Virus record (IMG/VR): IMGVR_UViG_3300042923_001106
Location: 96,001-160,000 of that record
DNA length: 64,000 nucleotides
Direction: 5' to 3' (one strand)
DNA from: a virus
Shown here: one piece after another, positions 51,824 through 62,623 of the stretch
Position numbering within the stretch: position 1 is the stretch's first letter
Layout of the letters: each line of letters starts with the position of its first letter
Notes under the pieces: model-generated
The model's input: only the letters and a program-made list of their open reading frames with translations
What the model was told of the DNA's origin: nothing
The model's database searches: none
Translations under genes and position numbers: made by a program

Positions 51824-52585
51824 ATGAACACAAACACGCTGAAAGTTTTGAATAAAGGTTACGTTACGTTGGTAGATTCTATGGGATCAGATTTGTCTGT
51901 TGTAAATAGCGCTCGTTGTTCGTACATGAAAAAATCTGACGAATTAACCGATAAAGATATTCGACTCATCAAATTTCTAGCTAGGGAAGGACATCTATCC
52001 CCGTTCAGACATGCGGTTCTGCAATTTGAACTGTACACTCCTTTACTCGTAGCCAGACAGTGGTTTAAATATCGAATTGGCTCCGCCCATTCAGAGGATA
52101 CTGCAAACAATGACGAAGTGATTTTTACAAATAACGGAGATGACGATGGATTTGGCGATCCAATTCATGGCCGGAATGAAGCCAGTCGTAGATATATTAC
52201 ATTGACTCCAGAATTTTATATTCCATTGCCTAACGAATGGCGTAGTAAGCCAGAGAACAGTAAACAGGGTAGCGGAGATAACTTGTCTGAAACAACAGGA
52301 AAACTTCTTACCGAGGTGCTTATCAATCAAATTGATGAGGGTATAAAGAATTATGAATGGGCACTAGGACAAGGTGTTGCACCTGAACAAGCAAGATTGT
52401 TTATTCCATCTGCTTACGGACTTTATACGGCATGGTACTGGACGACGAGTTTACAGGGTGTATGTCATTTTCTAGAACAACGACTAGAACACGATGCTCA
52501 ATCTGAAATTCGCGATTATGCAAGAGCAGTATATTATTTAGCAAAACAAAAATTCCCTGTTTCGATAGAAGAATTAATAAAATAA
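51824..52585 (+). CDS. thyX: FAD-dependent thymidylate synthase
   Basis: VVNSARCS, GHLSPF, ARQWFKYR, NEASRRY, PEQAR, AQSEIR. Confidence 0.92.
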   Translation: MNTNTLKVLNKGYVTLVDSMGSDLSVVNSARCSYMKKSDELTDKDIRLIKFLAREGHLSPFRHAVLQFELYTPLLVARQWFKYRIGSAHSEDTANNDEVIFTNNGDDDGFGDPIHGRNEASRRYITLTPEFYIPLPNEWRSKPENSKQGSGDNLSETTGKLLTEVLINQIDEGIKNYEWALGQGVAPEQARLFIPSAYGLYTAWYWTTSLQGVCHFLEQRLEHDAQSEIRDYARAVYYLAKQKFPVSIEELIK

Positions 52586-52588
52586 ATG

Positions 52589-52617
52589 TATACAATAAAA
52601 TAAAAGTATGATATATT
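52589..52617 (+). promoter_or_regulatory. putative promoter
   Basis: TATACA-17-TATATT with TG. Confidence 0.45.
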
Positions 52618-53056
52618 GGTTTCAGGACAAAGTTATAAAATTCCTGAAACCAATTTTTGTATAGGAGGTCAAGATATGTGTTTAGCGAAAGATCATCTTG
52701 AGGCCATCAATAATGTAATGAGTAATCTTGAAAGGGATTATGAATTGCTAAAATCGAAGCAATCAGAACTAGATGCTAAATTAAGCACCATGTATCATGA
52801 GGTTGAAGTTTTGAAATTTAGCGGTGTTGGCGGATATAAAAAGCTTCGACAACTACAAATATTGTTAAGAGAAAGGCGAGTTGTTAAACATGAACTCGCT
52901 CAAATGCAGCAAGTAATGCATCATATTACTCCTAAAAGTATAATAGAAAAAATACATAAGACTAGCGGGAATGTAGGTAAAAGCGATGCAGGGAATCAAG
53001 CATACCGTATAGGCTGGAACATCAAAATTGAAGATATCTTAAAAGCAGATTATTAA
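52616..53056 (+). CDS. coiled-coil phage protein
   Basis: true start probably the ATG after SD GGAGGT near 52677. Confidence 0.7.
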   Translation: MVSGQSYKIPETNFCIGGQDMCLAKDHLEAINNVMSNLERDYELLKSKQSELDAKLSTMYHEVEVLKFSGVGGYKKLRQLQILLRERRVVKHELAQMQQVMHHITPKSIIEKIHKTSGNVGKSDAGNQAYRIGWNIKIEDILKADY

Positions 53057-53078
53057 AATAAAAATATAATACATTGGG

Positions 53079-53669
53079 GTGTTGATAATCCGAACACTGG
53101 TTGTACTGTGTTTATACATTGCACTAATCATTACCGAATTGCTTACATTCAACAAATACACCATTGTCCTTGGACCCATTGTCATATTCACATTGCTTAT
53201 CAATAGATATCTTGACGAAATTAAACGAACAGACATAAACAAACTTCTTAAAGATAAAAGCATTTGGAAATGGTCATGGTACATTACCGTTTATGCATTG
53301 ATTTCACAATGGGTAGCAAATGAAATAACTCAACACGGTCTCAACATTAAACCTCCAGATATCAACTTTGCGTACACTATTGTCGCGGCACCAATTGTAT
53401 CTGTAATGTTTTCATCCGTTATCGAAGAAGTGATATTTCGAAAAATAATATTCACATATTTGGATAAGAAATTCAACTTTTACATTGCAGCAATCATCAG
53501 TTCAGCATTATTCGCTTTAGGACACTATAATTACGCAGGTTGGCTAGGTTACTTTGTCCTTGGGCTGTTCTGGTGTTGGATTTATAAGAAGACTGGCAAT
53601 ATAACGATATCAATTTTGTCACATACATACTATAATTTATTCTCATTCATTATGTTAACTGTGAGGTGA
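53079..53669 (+). CDS. CPBP (CAAX/Abi) intramembrane metalloprotease
   Basis: EEVIFR, FALGH, SHTYYN, multi-TM. Confidence 0.9.
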   Translation: MLIIRTLVVLCLYIALIITELLTFNKYTIVLGPIVIFTLLINRYLDEIKRTDINKLLKDKSIWKWSWYITVYALISQWVANEITQHGLNIKPPDINFAYTIVAAPIVSVMFSSVIEEVIFRKIIFTYLDKKFNFYIAAIISSALFALGHYNYAGWLGYFVLGLFWCWIYKKTGNITISILSHTYYNLFSFIMLTVR

Positions 53670-53673
53670 AAAC

Positions 53674-53886
53674 ATGGTTTCGGAAGCTGCGCAAGCATTT
53701 ATTGATAGGTGTTATAAAGACGGAGTAGCAATGGCGATTCATCCGATATTCGATAGTATATATGAGATTGATGGTAAGATGCATAAGTTTACAAAGGAGG
53801 TTTTGGAAGAAATCAAGCGATCCAATAAAGTTAAAGTTCTTTATGAAGGTTCAAAATCGGCAAACTTAATGGGATTCAGGCAATAA
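53674..53886 (+). CDS. hypothetical protein
   Basis: 70 aa. Confidence 0.6.
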   Translation: MVSEAAQAFIDRCYKDGVAMAIHPIFDSIYEIDGKMHKFTKEVLEEIKRSNKVKVLYEGSKSANLMGFRQ

Positions 53887-53918
53887 AATTCATATTTTAA
53901 TAGGAGAGTAGAATACAT

Positions 53919-54458
53919 ATGAAAGAAATATCAAAGTGTACCTACGAAGATAATGTTCAAGAAATTCTCAAGTCTGTATTACCAGATGATATTAGTATCG
54001 AAAATATAGTTTTTGTCTGCATCGGAACAGATAGGTCTACAGGAGATTCCCTTGGCCCGTTGGTTGGCACATATCTTCAGTCAATGGGATACTCGAATGT
54101 ATATGGAACAGTTGATGAACCCGTTCATGCTCTAAACATTGAAGAAGTGATGGAAACTATTCCAAAAGATAAGACTATAATTGGGATTGACTCCTCCCTC
54201 GGAGACCACAACATCGTTGGCAGAATTAGAGCGTTTAAGGGTTCAATCAAACCCGGAGCAGGAGTAGGAAAAGAACTGATGCCAGTTGGAGATTATTCGA
54301 TTAGCGCTGTTGTTAATGTGGGAGGTTTTATGGAATATTTTGTTCTTCAAAATACAAGACTTTCGCTTGTAATGAAATTGGCTAGTTGGATTGTAAATGG
54401 TATAAGTAAAAGAATACCCGCAATGGAATCATTAGAAGTAGCTGCTTCAAAACAATAA
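53919..54458 (+). CDS. yyaC: spore protease YyaC family (DUF1256)
   Basis: CIGTDRSTGDSLGPLVG, GTVDEPVHALN, LQNTRLSLVM. Confidence 0.92.
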   Translation: MKEISKCTYEDNVQEILKSVLPDDISIENIVFVCIGTDRSTGDSLGPLVGTYLQSMGYSNVYGTVDEPVHALNIEEVMETIPKDKTIIGIDSSLGDHNIVGRIRAFKGSIKPGAGVGKELMPVGDYSISAVVNVGGFMEYFVLQNTRLSLVMKLASWIVNGISKRIPAMESLEVAASKQ

Positions 54459-54670
54459 AAGATGCACTTCAAGGGAGGAGAATGATATATGAAAAAGTCT
54501 TTTACCGACTATGTTAATGAACTCAAAATTAAAGAATTAGAAAACAAACTTATGTTAATCGAAATAGATAAAGCCCAAAATATTGAGGATATAAAGAAAA
54601 TTCTTAAGAAAGCTCTATTAAAATAGCCGATGAAAGGCGACTTTATCGAATGGAGAGGAGAAAATGTTAA

Positions 54671-55625
54671 ATGAATTTGTGGAAGAGATTAGAAGAATGT
54701 GGACACGAAGAATACACTCTTGATAGTACTTGGCACTTGTATGCTGTTGATCTGAGTGACGGCGATGATTTTGCAGAAGTAAAATTCGCCCAGAAGAACG
54801 GAAACAAATATCGCACCAAGAATGACATCGTAGGATTTGTTGGATTCAGGGATTTACTATAGAATCCTCATTTTTATAGGATGGTGAAGAATAATGACAT
54901 GTAAATATTGCAAGGAGAAGGAAGAGTATTATGGTCTATGTGAAACTCATTGGATGTTGGGAGTATATTTTCAATATGAGCAATGTGGCAAAATGTGGAA
55001 CTATAATGAAGGTAATGATGGTATGATGCGAAAATATGAAATGTGGATTAAAACATTGACAGAAGACTATATACAGGAAATTCGTTATAATTATTGGTTA
55101 ATAAAATAAACCCGATAAAATCATTTTTGCAGGGATAGGAGAGTACGTATGAATAATAAGTTGCAAGAGGTTGTAAAAACGCGCCAACCAAAGATTAAAA
55201 ACCTTGAGGATGAAGAAAAGCGTGCATATAAGGCTGGACTTATGATGTTAGGGATTACAGTAGATGAAGACTTTTTTGATATTCCCGAACTTCCTTCAAA
55301 TAAATATGAGAATGATGGATTGTTCTATGAAATACCATACTTCACTTCAGAACAACTCTGGACGCAGGATAATCAGAGAATGCTTGTAGTTGTATATAAA
55401 ATAGAGAATAGATCGTCTTATTGTCCACTAAGGATTGATTTTAAATTTGAACTCAAAGATAAGGAAACAGACTATTGGTTATATGTTTATGATCAATCGG
55501 GACAAAAAACTGTTAAATGGGAATTGGTAGTACATGAAAATCAAGAGCAGTATACAACGATTCCTGAATACAACACTATAAAATTATCTGAATTAATTGG
55601 TTATCGACGTAAGGATTTGTTCTAA
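54671..55625 (+). CDS. three hypothetical ORFs (54671..54862; 54894..55109; 55149..55625)
   Basis: SDs present. Confidence 0.6.
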
Positions 55626-55687
55626 AAGATTTAAACGATGAGTAATTAAATAAAACATGGAATTTCATTGGAATTGGAGGTTAGGAG

Positions 55688-56806
55688 TTGAGCAAGTTTG
55701 AATTGAGTTTATCCAAGGATTATGTTCCATCTTGGACCGTAGTCGATGCAGTTAGAGAACTATTTCAAAATGCTCTCGACCAACAGACAACTGTTGAAGA
55801 TAATGTAATGTTCTTTAACTATGATCAAAATACCCACACTCTATACATAGGTAATAAATCATCAGTACTAAGCGCAAAGACATTGCTGCTAGGTACGTCA
55901 ACGAAGCGAGATGATCCTAATACGATTGGTCAATTCGGAGAAGGTTATAAAATCGCTACTCTTGTTTTAACCCGTCTAAACAAGAAAGTGACGTTCTACA
56001 ACTATGGAGCAAAGGAAGTCTGGAATCCTCGGTTTGTGAAGTCTAAGCGATACGAGGGAGAGGAGATTCTAACATTCTTCGTTGACAAGAAGTTCATTTG
56101 GCAGAAGGTTCCCGACAATAATCTGACTATAACCATCGAGGATATTAATCCTCATGAATATGAGCAAGTTGTTGAGTCTAATCTTCACTGTCAGGATGTT
56201 GGGGAGATAATTGAGACTTCTGCGGGAAGAATCCTATTAGATCCCAGACATGCTAAAAAGGTCTTCGTAAATGGTCTCTTTGTATGCGGAAATCGTGAAT
56301 ATACATACGGTTATGATTTCAAACCAAAGGAATTGAAGATAGACCGTGACAGAAAACTTGCAGATAACTTTGAACTCAAATGGTTAGCATCAAAGATGTG
56401 CGCTCAGGTTCAGGATCATGATATTGTTGTTGAATTGATTCGTCAAGACGCGGCTGATATCGCATTCATCTCCTCGATGAACATGTACGCCGACAACCAA
56501 ACCAAGCAGAGAAACCTTGGTGCTATCGCGGATAAGACCTATGGGCGATTTATAGAGGAACACGGCGAAAATGCTGTACCTGTGACAACTCAAGAAGAGT
56601 TTGACAAAGTGAAGAAGCAATACAAGCCTGTCATTGTTTCATCTTCATACGCTTCAATGGTTAAGAAAAGCGACATGTATAAGGCTCCAAGAGTAAAGAG
56701 GCAGACAACAAAAGATAAGTTAGAAGAATGGTATAGGAACAATAAGAAAAACCTGTCCAGTAAAGCATCTAGAAAGTTGAAAAAAATTATTGATGAAATG
56801 CAATAA
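55688..56806 (+). CDS. GHKL-type ATPase domain protein
   Basis: VRELFQNALD, GTSTK, IGQFGEGYK. Confidence 0.8.
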   Translation: MSKFELSLSKDYVPSWTVVDAVRELFQNALDQQTTVEDNVMFFNYDQNTHTLYIGNKSSVLSAKTLLLGTSTKRDDPNTIGQFGEGYKIATLVLTRLNKKVTFYNYGAKEVWNPRFVKSKRYEGEEILTFFVDKKFIWQKVPDNNLTITIEDINPHEYEQVVESNLHCQDVGEIIETSAGRILLDPRHAKKVFVNGLFVCGNREYTYGYDFKPKELKIDRDRKLADNFELKWLASKMCAQVQDHDIVVELIRQDAADIAFISSMNMYADNQTKQRNLGAIADKTYGRFIEEHGENAVPVTTQEEFDKVKKQYKPVIVSSSYASMVKKSDMYKAPRVKRQTTKDKLEEWYRNNKKNLSSKASRKLKKIIDEMQ

Positions 56807-56834
56807 AAACTAGATTTCATTAGGAGTTTCGATA

Positions 56835-57056
56835 ATGGGTTTAATATATCCAAAATACATAGTAAGACTCGATTGGGACGAGCGCGAAGGTGAGGTTGGT
56901 AGTTTGATCGATATATTTCAACATCCAGATGACCAGCGAGTAATGTATACTATTGAATTTAATGATGGTCAATTAAAAGGATACTATGATGGAGAAATTG
57001 AACCAATGCTGAAATTATTAAAAAAACCCAAGGAAAGTATCATTTCATTTGATTAA
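56835..57056 (+). CDS. hypothetical protein
   Basis: 73 aa. Confidence 0.55.
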   Translation: MGLIYPKYIVRLDWDEREGEVGSLIDIFQHPDDQRVMYTIEFNDGQLKGYYDGEIEPMLKLLKKPKESIISFD

Positions 57057-57070
57057 AGGGGAACAGCTAA

Positions 57071-57263
57071 ATGATTGTAAGTCTAATTCAAAATTATAGG
57101 CTTCCTATATGTATTAGGTGGAATCATATCACTGATTTTTTACCTTATTGATTTTCGTGATGTTGAATGGTGTAGAGACAAAATTATCGTTAGCACAGTA
57201 GCGATTTTATTATGGACATTGTTTTGGCTATTTCGAGCAATTCTTGCATCAGGGTTTAAATAA
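57071..57263 (+). pseudogene. two-TM membrane protein with +1 frameshift near the 5' end
   Basis: ATG 57071 MIVSLIQ, then frame switch to IIGFLYVLGGIISLIF...LLWTLFWLF. Confidence 0.5.
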
Positions 57264-57283
57264 GGGAAAGGATTAGATTATTT

Positions 57284-57541
57284 ATGGCTCAAAACCCGAA
57301 AATTAAAATCGAAGAAATTATCTCTGACTTGATTTTAGGAAACGAAGATTATTTTGACATCTATACGGTTAACCATAAGAAAAAGGAAAATCTAGACTTT
57401 GTAAGAGTATATGTTACCGCATCCGGTAAAACGAAAGTGTATATTGCTAATGATGCAGGATTAGAAATTCTTGAATGGAAAGGTGCTGCTGAATTCAGGA
57501 AAGACGTAATGTTGGAAGAAGAAGAGTTTGAAAGTAAATAA
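57284..57541 (+). CDS. hypothetical protein
   Basis: 85 aa. Confidence 0.6.
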   Translation: MAQNPKIKIEEIISDLILGNEDYFDIYTVNHKKKENLDFVRVYVTASGKTKVYIANDAGLEILEWKGAAEFRKDVMLEEEEFESK

Positions 57542-57579
57542 AATAGCATTTTCATTCGAGATAAAAATAAAAGGAAAAG

Positions 57580-57963
57580 GTGATAATGAATTTGAAACAG
57601 TTTTCAACTAAAGGCATACATATCATGGTAGATGCATATGGCATTAAACCTGAACTATTAGATAACATCCACTATCTTCATCAGTTAGGCAAAATCGCTA
57701 TTGCAAAGTCAGGAGCCTCATTCGTAGATATGGTAGTAAAGAAATTTAGTCCATATGGCTGCACTCTTCTATTTCTACTCGAAGAAAGTCATATTAGTTT
57801 TCATACTTTTATAGAAAATTTAGATGATTTGGAAAGATCATATATAGCCATTGATGCTTTCACATGTTCGTCCGCCGATCCTGAACTTGCAATCAATTAC
57901 ATAGTTGAACAATTAAAACCAAAAGAAGTATACAAACAACATATTGTAAGAGGTGTCCGATAA
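57580..57963 (+). CDS. speD: S-adenosylmethionine decarboxylase proenzyme
   Basis: GIHIMVD...LLEESHISFHT...IDAFTCS. Confidence 0.9.
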   Translation: MIMNLKQFSTKGIHIMVDAYGIKPELLDNIHYLHQLGKIAIAKSGASFVDMVVKKFSPYGCTLLFLLEESHISFHTFIENLDDLERSYIAIDAFTCSSADPELAINYIVEQLKPKEVYKQHIVRGVR

Positions 57964-58801
57964 TGAAATATGGGAGTGTAGTGAAGAACAAAGTAACAGG
58001 TGAATACGGTACTTGTCACTATAGCACATTCGGTGCATCTATACATACATACGATGAAATCGAGAATTTGTTAACTAAGACTCTGGGCGATTCATTGGAA
58101 AATGTCATGAAACATTGGGAAGTTTGCGAAATGCCAGAAGGTTACGAGTGGAGTGAAAGCAATATCTATATTAGGAGAATACATTAATGTCACGTGATCA
58201 GTATGATGTTGAAGTTGAGAAGCAACGCACGATACAGGAATCGGTTAGTAAGATCTTCTGGATTGCATTTACCTTCCTCATTGTAGGGGGATGTACTGCA
58301 ACAGAGATATGGGGTAAATAAGAAAGGAGTAATAGTATGGTTGAGATGTATCTTTATGAATACGTTGGCGAAGACAATGGATGGTTTACAAAGAATAGTA
58401 ATTATATTGGACGCAGAAATAAAGCAGGTGAAATAATGGCAAAAAATAATATTGGTTATTGGGTTACAGTTGATAGTTTTAAGTTGACCATAAGCAGATT
58501 GAAAAATGAAATGCAGATTATAGAGAAGTTTTATGTCCGAAATCACAAGGAAGCAATTAATTATAAAAGGTAAATAAAATAACTATTTGAAAGGGTGAAA
58601 GTAATGAATGCTTATCAACATGCAAGTTTCTGTGGAAATGTTGCAAAAAGAATTAGTAAAGAATTTAATAGGTTAGGACTAGATGTCGATCCTGTCTTTG
58701 GTTTTTATTATTACAATGAGGAGAAAACATATGCTTACATGCATCCAGAGGATTTGTACAAGAAATACGATGAAATTAAATATCCTCACGGAGATATTTA
58801 A
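57963..58801 (+). CDS. run of small hypothetical ORFs (57963..58187; 58337..58573; 58595..58801)
   Basis: coupled or with SDs. Confidence 0.55.
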
Positions 58802-58833
58802 TCAAACAAAATTGCGATTTTATAAGGAGGTAA

Positions 58834-58995
58834 ATGAATGCTGCAAGGTAAGTAGAATTGCTTAGAACTAATGACGGCGCGCTTAGACTGGTTGAAGACA
58901 AAATGACCAATAGTTACAGTATTGGTTTAAGAACAAATGGCGGGCTGCACTGGAAATATGTTAGTAAAGAACTTTTTGATTTAATGAAATCATAA
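58834..58995 (+). pseudogene. small gene broken near the 5' end
   Basis: in-frame TAA at codon 6 (or a 1-nt deletion from ATG 58838) before a 47-codon open stretch. Confidence 0.4.
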
Positions 58996-59027
58996 TTAAT
59001 GGATCAAGAGGGGGATGTAATGAGCAG

Positions 59028-60254
59028 ATGAAAAAGGAACATAAGGATTGGATTGATAATGCTAGTTACCAACAATTAATGAGTAAATGGCGAACTGCAC
59101 CAGTAGGCGATCCTTTCTTTATGGACGATACTGGAGAATATTATGCAAAAATTATGAGCGAGAAAAGAAATATGATCAGTAGTTCTGAACAAGTAAGCAT
59201 TAGTAAAAATGTTGGTTGGTAGCCTAAAAACAAATAAAAAATAAAATATGGAGGAAAACAAAATGAAAACTGTAGCTGACTGGTATGTAGTAAGAGAGGC
59301 AGAAAATAAAGGTCTTGTTGTTGCTATGACTCCAATTGTCGAACGCAAACGTACCGAATTGAATAACGAGTTGGGCAGATACTTCAGAGATCAGTATCCA
59401 GACTATAACGGTACTTACGATGAAGATGCGTGTGAAGATATTCTGTACTCGCTAAATTCATATATCGAAGAAAACAATATCGATATGTATCCTTTAGATT
59501 TTCCGATCAGTGAAGGAACAGATATACATCTATTAAAAGTAAATGATAACATTTCACTAAAGGTCGTAATTGCTGATGAATATTATGGCAGTGGGAGCTA
59601 TAGCAAATACATCGATATTAGCAACTTTTTAATCAATGAAAATGCGACAAAGAGTGATGTTGATCATCTGATTGATTTTGTAAAAGAATATCTTAGATAG
59701 GAAATGGAGGATTTATTTTGAGCATTGAACAATGGCAAAGTGAAATTGAAGAAATTCAAAACATCTACAGTTCAATAAAAAGTCAAACGGCTAGATCGGT
59801 ACTTGCTGATGCAAATAGAACATTAAAAAAGAAAATTGAAGATGAACACAAAAGAATTGAATTTGAAAAGAATCAAGAAGACGGTATGCCAGAATCTTTT
59901 AAACGTATGGGAGTATATAATCAGAAGTATATTCGTGACGGCAATGTTATTTATGCAATTGATGATTCTGGAGAGTTAGACAAGGATGGTAGTTATCATT
60001 GGCATCACCATGTATGGATTCCACAAACTAAAATTAAATTTGCAAATCTCTGTGTACGAACATTAGGCAAAGATGTTTATGGTGATAGGTATTACTTAGA
60101 AGTCGATTATTATAAACATCCTGCAGATCCGTTTCCATACATGACAAAACGAATTGATCCATTTAATCGTACATATTTGCCATATGTCCATTATGTATTA
60201 GACTCGCTCGGATTGAAGAAAGAGGAATATAAACAAAGGACAAGGATGATTTAA
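59028..60254 (+). CDS. three hypothetical ORFs (59028..59222; 59248..59700; 59718..60254)
   Basis: SDs present. Confidence 0.65.
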
Positions 60255-60631
60255 ATGGGGCTAATAAGCACAGTCGCTGGATTAATACTGCAATAAAATT
60301 AGCGAAACGCAATAAAGTAAATAATAGTAAGCACGTTTCGATACTAATTCGTGGAGGGAAAATAATCAGTATTGGTCTCAATAAGGATACCAAGAAGGGG
60401 ATACTGGGTGACGATAGTTATGAGCCGTGGTGTGGATGGCATTCAGAACTAGATTGTTTACATAAAATAGACCAGAGATTGATTGATGGCTCAATACTAT
60501 ATGTTGCAGGATGGAATAGCAACGGACACTCGCTCTATTCAAAACCATGCCGGTACTGTCAACAATATTTAAAAAAGTTTGACCTGAAGGCAATTTATTA
60601 TTCTAAACCAAATGGTTATGAAGTGATGTAG
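60254..60631 (+). CDS. zinc-dependent cytidine/dCMP deaminase-like protein lacking an in-frame canonical start
   Basis: open frame with HSE and KPCRYC motifs, GGKIISIGLN; absent from ORF track. Confidence 0.75.
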   Translation, partial: NGANKHSRWINTAIKLAKRNKVNNSKHVSILIRGGKIISIGLNKDTKKGILGDDSYEPWCGWHSELDCLHKIDQRLIDGSILYVAGWNSNGHSLYSKPCRYCQQYLKKFDLKAIYYSKPNGYEVM

Positions 60632-60696
60632 GACAAAAATTGGACAATAAAACCAAGATTTCATTTGGTAAGAATAAAAAGGAGAATATAAAATAA

Positions 60697-61881
60697 ATGA
60701 ATTATGAATTCGAGAAGAATAAGCTATACTCATTGATAGGTAAAAACCTATTATCAGAACTAAAGGGTAAAGAGTGTTACATTGCCGGTGGGACAATTAC
60801 CAGCCTTTTTTGTAATCGGGAAATCAACGATATCGATATTTACTTCAAAAGCGAAAAAGCATTTATCGAGTTTGTTGAATCGATTTGGGAAGATGGTAAT
60901 GGCTGGATTGTCGCAAGTACTGATAAAGCAACTTTGGTAAAATCGAGCAAATATGAAGAGTATCAAATGATTCACTTCAAATTCTTTCCGAATGCTGAAG
61001 ATATCTTTAAAGCATTTGATTTTACAGTTTGTATGGGGGCGTTTGATTTTGAAACAGAAACATTCAAATTACACCCAGACTTTTTACAGCATAATTCACA
61101 ACGTATTCTGAAATACAACGCAAACACAGCGTTTCCTATCGTTTCGTTACTTCGTGTTCAAAAATACAAAGATAAAGGTTATACAATCTCTAAGCCAGAA
61201 CTCATCCGAATCGTCTTATCATGTATGAATTTAGAAATAAATACATATGAAGAGTTAAAAGAGCAAATGGGTGGAATGTATGGGGTTAATTACGATAAGT
61301 TGTTCAAAGATAAAGAAGGCAAAGTTGACATAAAAGAAGCAATAGATGTTATTGCGAATTTAAGTCTTAGCGAAGATTACTTTAAGGCTCCAGAATCAAT
61401 TGGCCAAGAAATGTGTAGTATGGAAGACTATTTAGATGATATCGCGAAAACCCCAATTCCGTATACAGTAATCGATGATGAAGTATTTCGATTGTCAAAA
61501 GGAAAATTGAAGCCATCAAATAAGAAGCCAAAAATTGGAGATTTATTCGATTATAAAGAGTTTTTAAGAGGGAAGAAATTTTATAAATTTGTGAAGAAGA
61601 AGGAGGGAAAATATTATAGTTTTTATGATTCTAATTTTGAATATGCCGTAGGTAAAAAGGTATTTGCAGTAGGAGATAAATATACTAGTGATCCAGTGCT
61701 TTATTTTGTTTACCTAGATACTGTAGAATCGGCTACATACAGAAACGAAAAGGAGAGAGTATTGATTGAAGTGGAATTTGATATTGATGATCTTTCAAGT
61801 ATAGATGAGGATACAATAGAGTTAAAGGCATGCACTATGATAAGAGAAGTACCTGAGACTGAATATAAACAACATTTGTGA
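60697..61881 (+). CDS. nucleotidyltransferase (IAGG...DxD type) paralog 3 with C-terminal extra domain
   Basis: YIAGGTITS...NDIDIYF...FDFTVCMGA...RVQKYKDKG. Confidence 0.78.
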   Translation: MNYEFEKNKLYSLIGKNLLSELKGKECYIAGGTITSLFCNREINDIDIYFKSEKAFIEFVESIWEDGNGWIVASTDKATLVKSSKYEEYQMIHFKFFPNAEDIFKAFDFTVCMGAFDFETETFKLHPDFLQHNSQRILKYNANTAFPIVSLLRVQKYKDKGYTISKPELIRIVLSCMNLEINTYEELKEQMGGMYGVNYDKLFKDKEGKVDIKEAIDVIANLSLSEDYFKAPESIGQEMCSMEDYLDDIAKTPIPYTVIDDEVFRLSKGKLKPSNKKPKIGDLFDYKEFLRGKKFYKFVKKKEGKYYSFYDSNFEYAVGKKVFAVGDKYTSDPVLYFVYLDTVESATYRNEKERVLIEVEFDIDDLSSIDEDTIELKACTMIREVPETEYKQHL

Positions 61882-61897
61882 GTAATAAGTTGAGGAG

Positions 61898-62623
61898 ATG
61901 ATATTAATTAGAACATTGGCGATTTCGGATATTCACGGCTGCTATGATGAGTTTAATGCTTTGCTGAAAAAGGTTGGATACAACCCACACGAAGATAAAC
62001 TAATCCTTCTTGGAGACTATGTTGATCGAGGACAGAAAAGCAAAGAAACTGTAGACCAAATTCGATATTTAGTTAAAGATTACAATGTCATTGCTCTTCG
62101 TGGAAATCATGATCAAATGTTTCTTGATGCATTGAACAACGATGAAGACTATATATTCCTTCATAATGGCGGCATACATACAATTGAAAGTTACTGCGGA
62201 CTTAATTGGTTTGAAAACTGTGATGGATTTGATTATGACAGATATATTGTAGCAAAGAAGTTCATTAAGTCGAACTATAGTGAGCACATCGATTTTCTAG
62301 AAAGCCTGCCACATTATCATGAGGATGACTCGCATATCTACGTTCATGCAGGTCTGAGTCCATCATATGAAAATTGGAGAGAACAACCTGCTGAGAACTT
62401 TATTTGGATTAGAGATGTATTCTTAAACAATAGAACGATTGTTGATAAGACAGTTATCTTTGGACACACTCCGACGGTGAATTTTCAACAAACATCAAAC
62501 GTTTGGTTTGCTGGTGATAAGATTGGAGTAGACGGTGGGTGCTGCTTTGGTTATGCATTGAACTGCTTGGAAATATCTCAAGATGGATACCTCGAATATT
62601 CAGTGAAAAGAGGAAGCAAATGA
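61898..62623 (+). CDS. metallophosphoesterase (Ser/Thr phosphatase PPP-like)
   Basis: DIHG, GDYVDRG, RGNHD, HAG, FGHT. Confidence 0.92.
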   Translation: MILIRTLAISDIHGCYDEFNALLKKVGYNPHEDKLILLGDYVDRGQKSKETVDQIRYLVKDYNVIALRGNHDQMFLDALNNDEDYIFLHNGGIHTIESYCGLNWFENCDGFDYDRYIVAKKFIKSNYSEHIDFLESLPHYHEDDSHIYVHAGLSPSYENWREQPAENFIWIRDVFLNNRTIVDKTVIFGHTPTVNFQQTSNVWFAGDKIGVDGGCCFGYALNCLEISQDGYLEYSVKRGSK

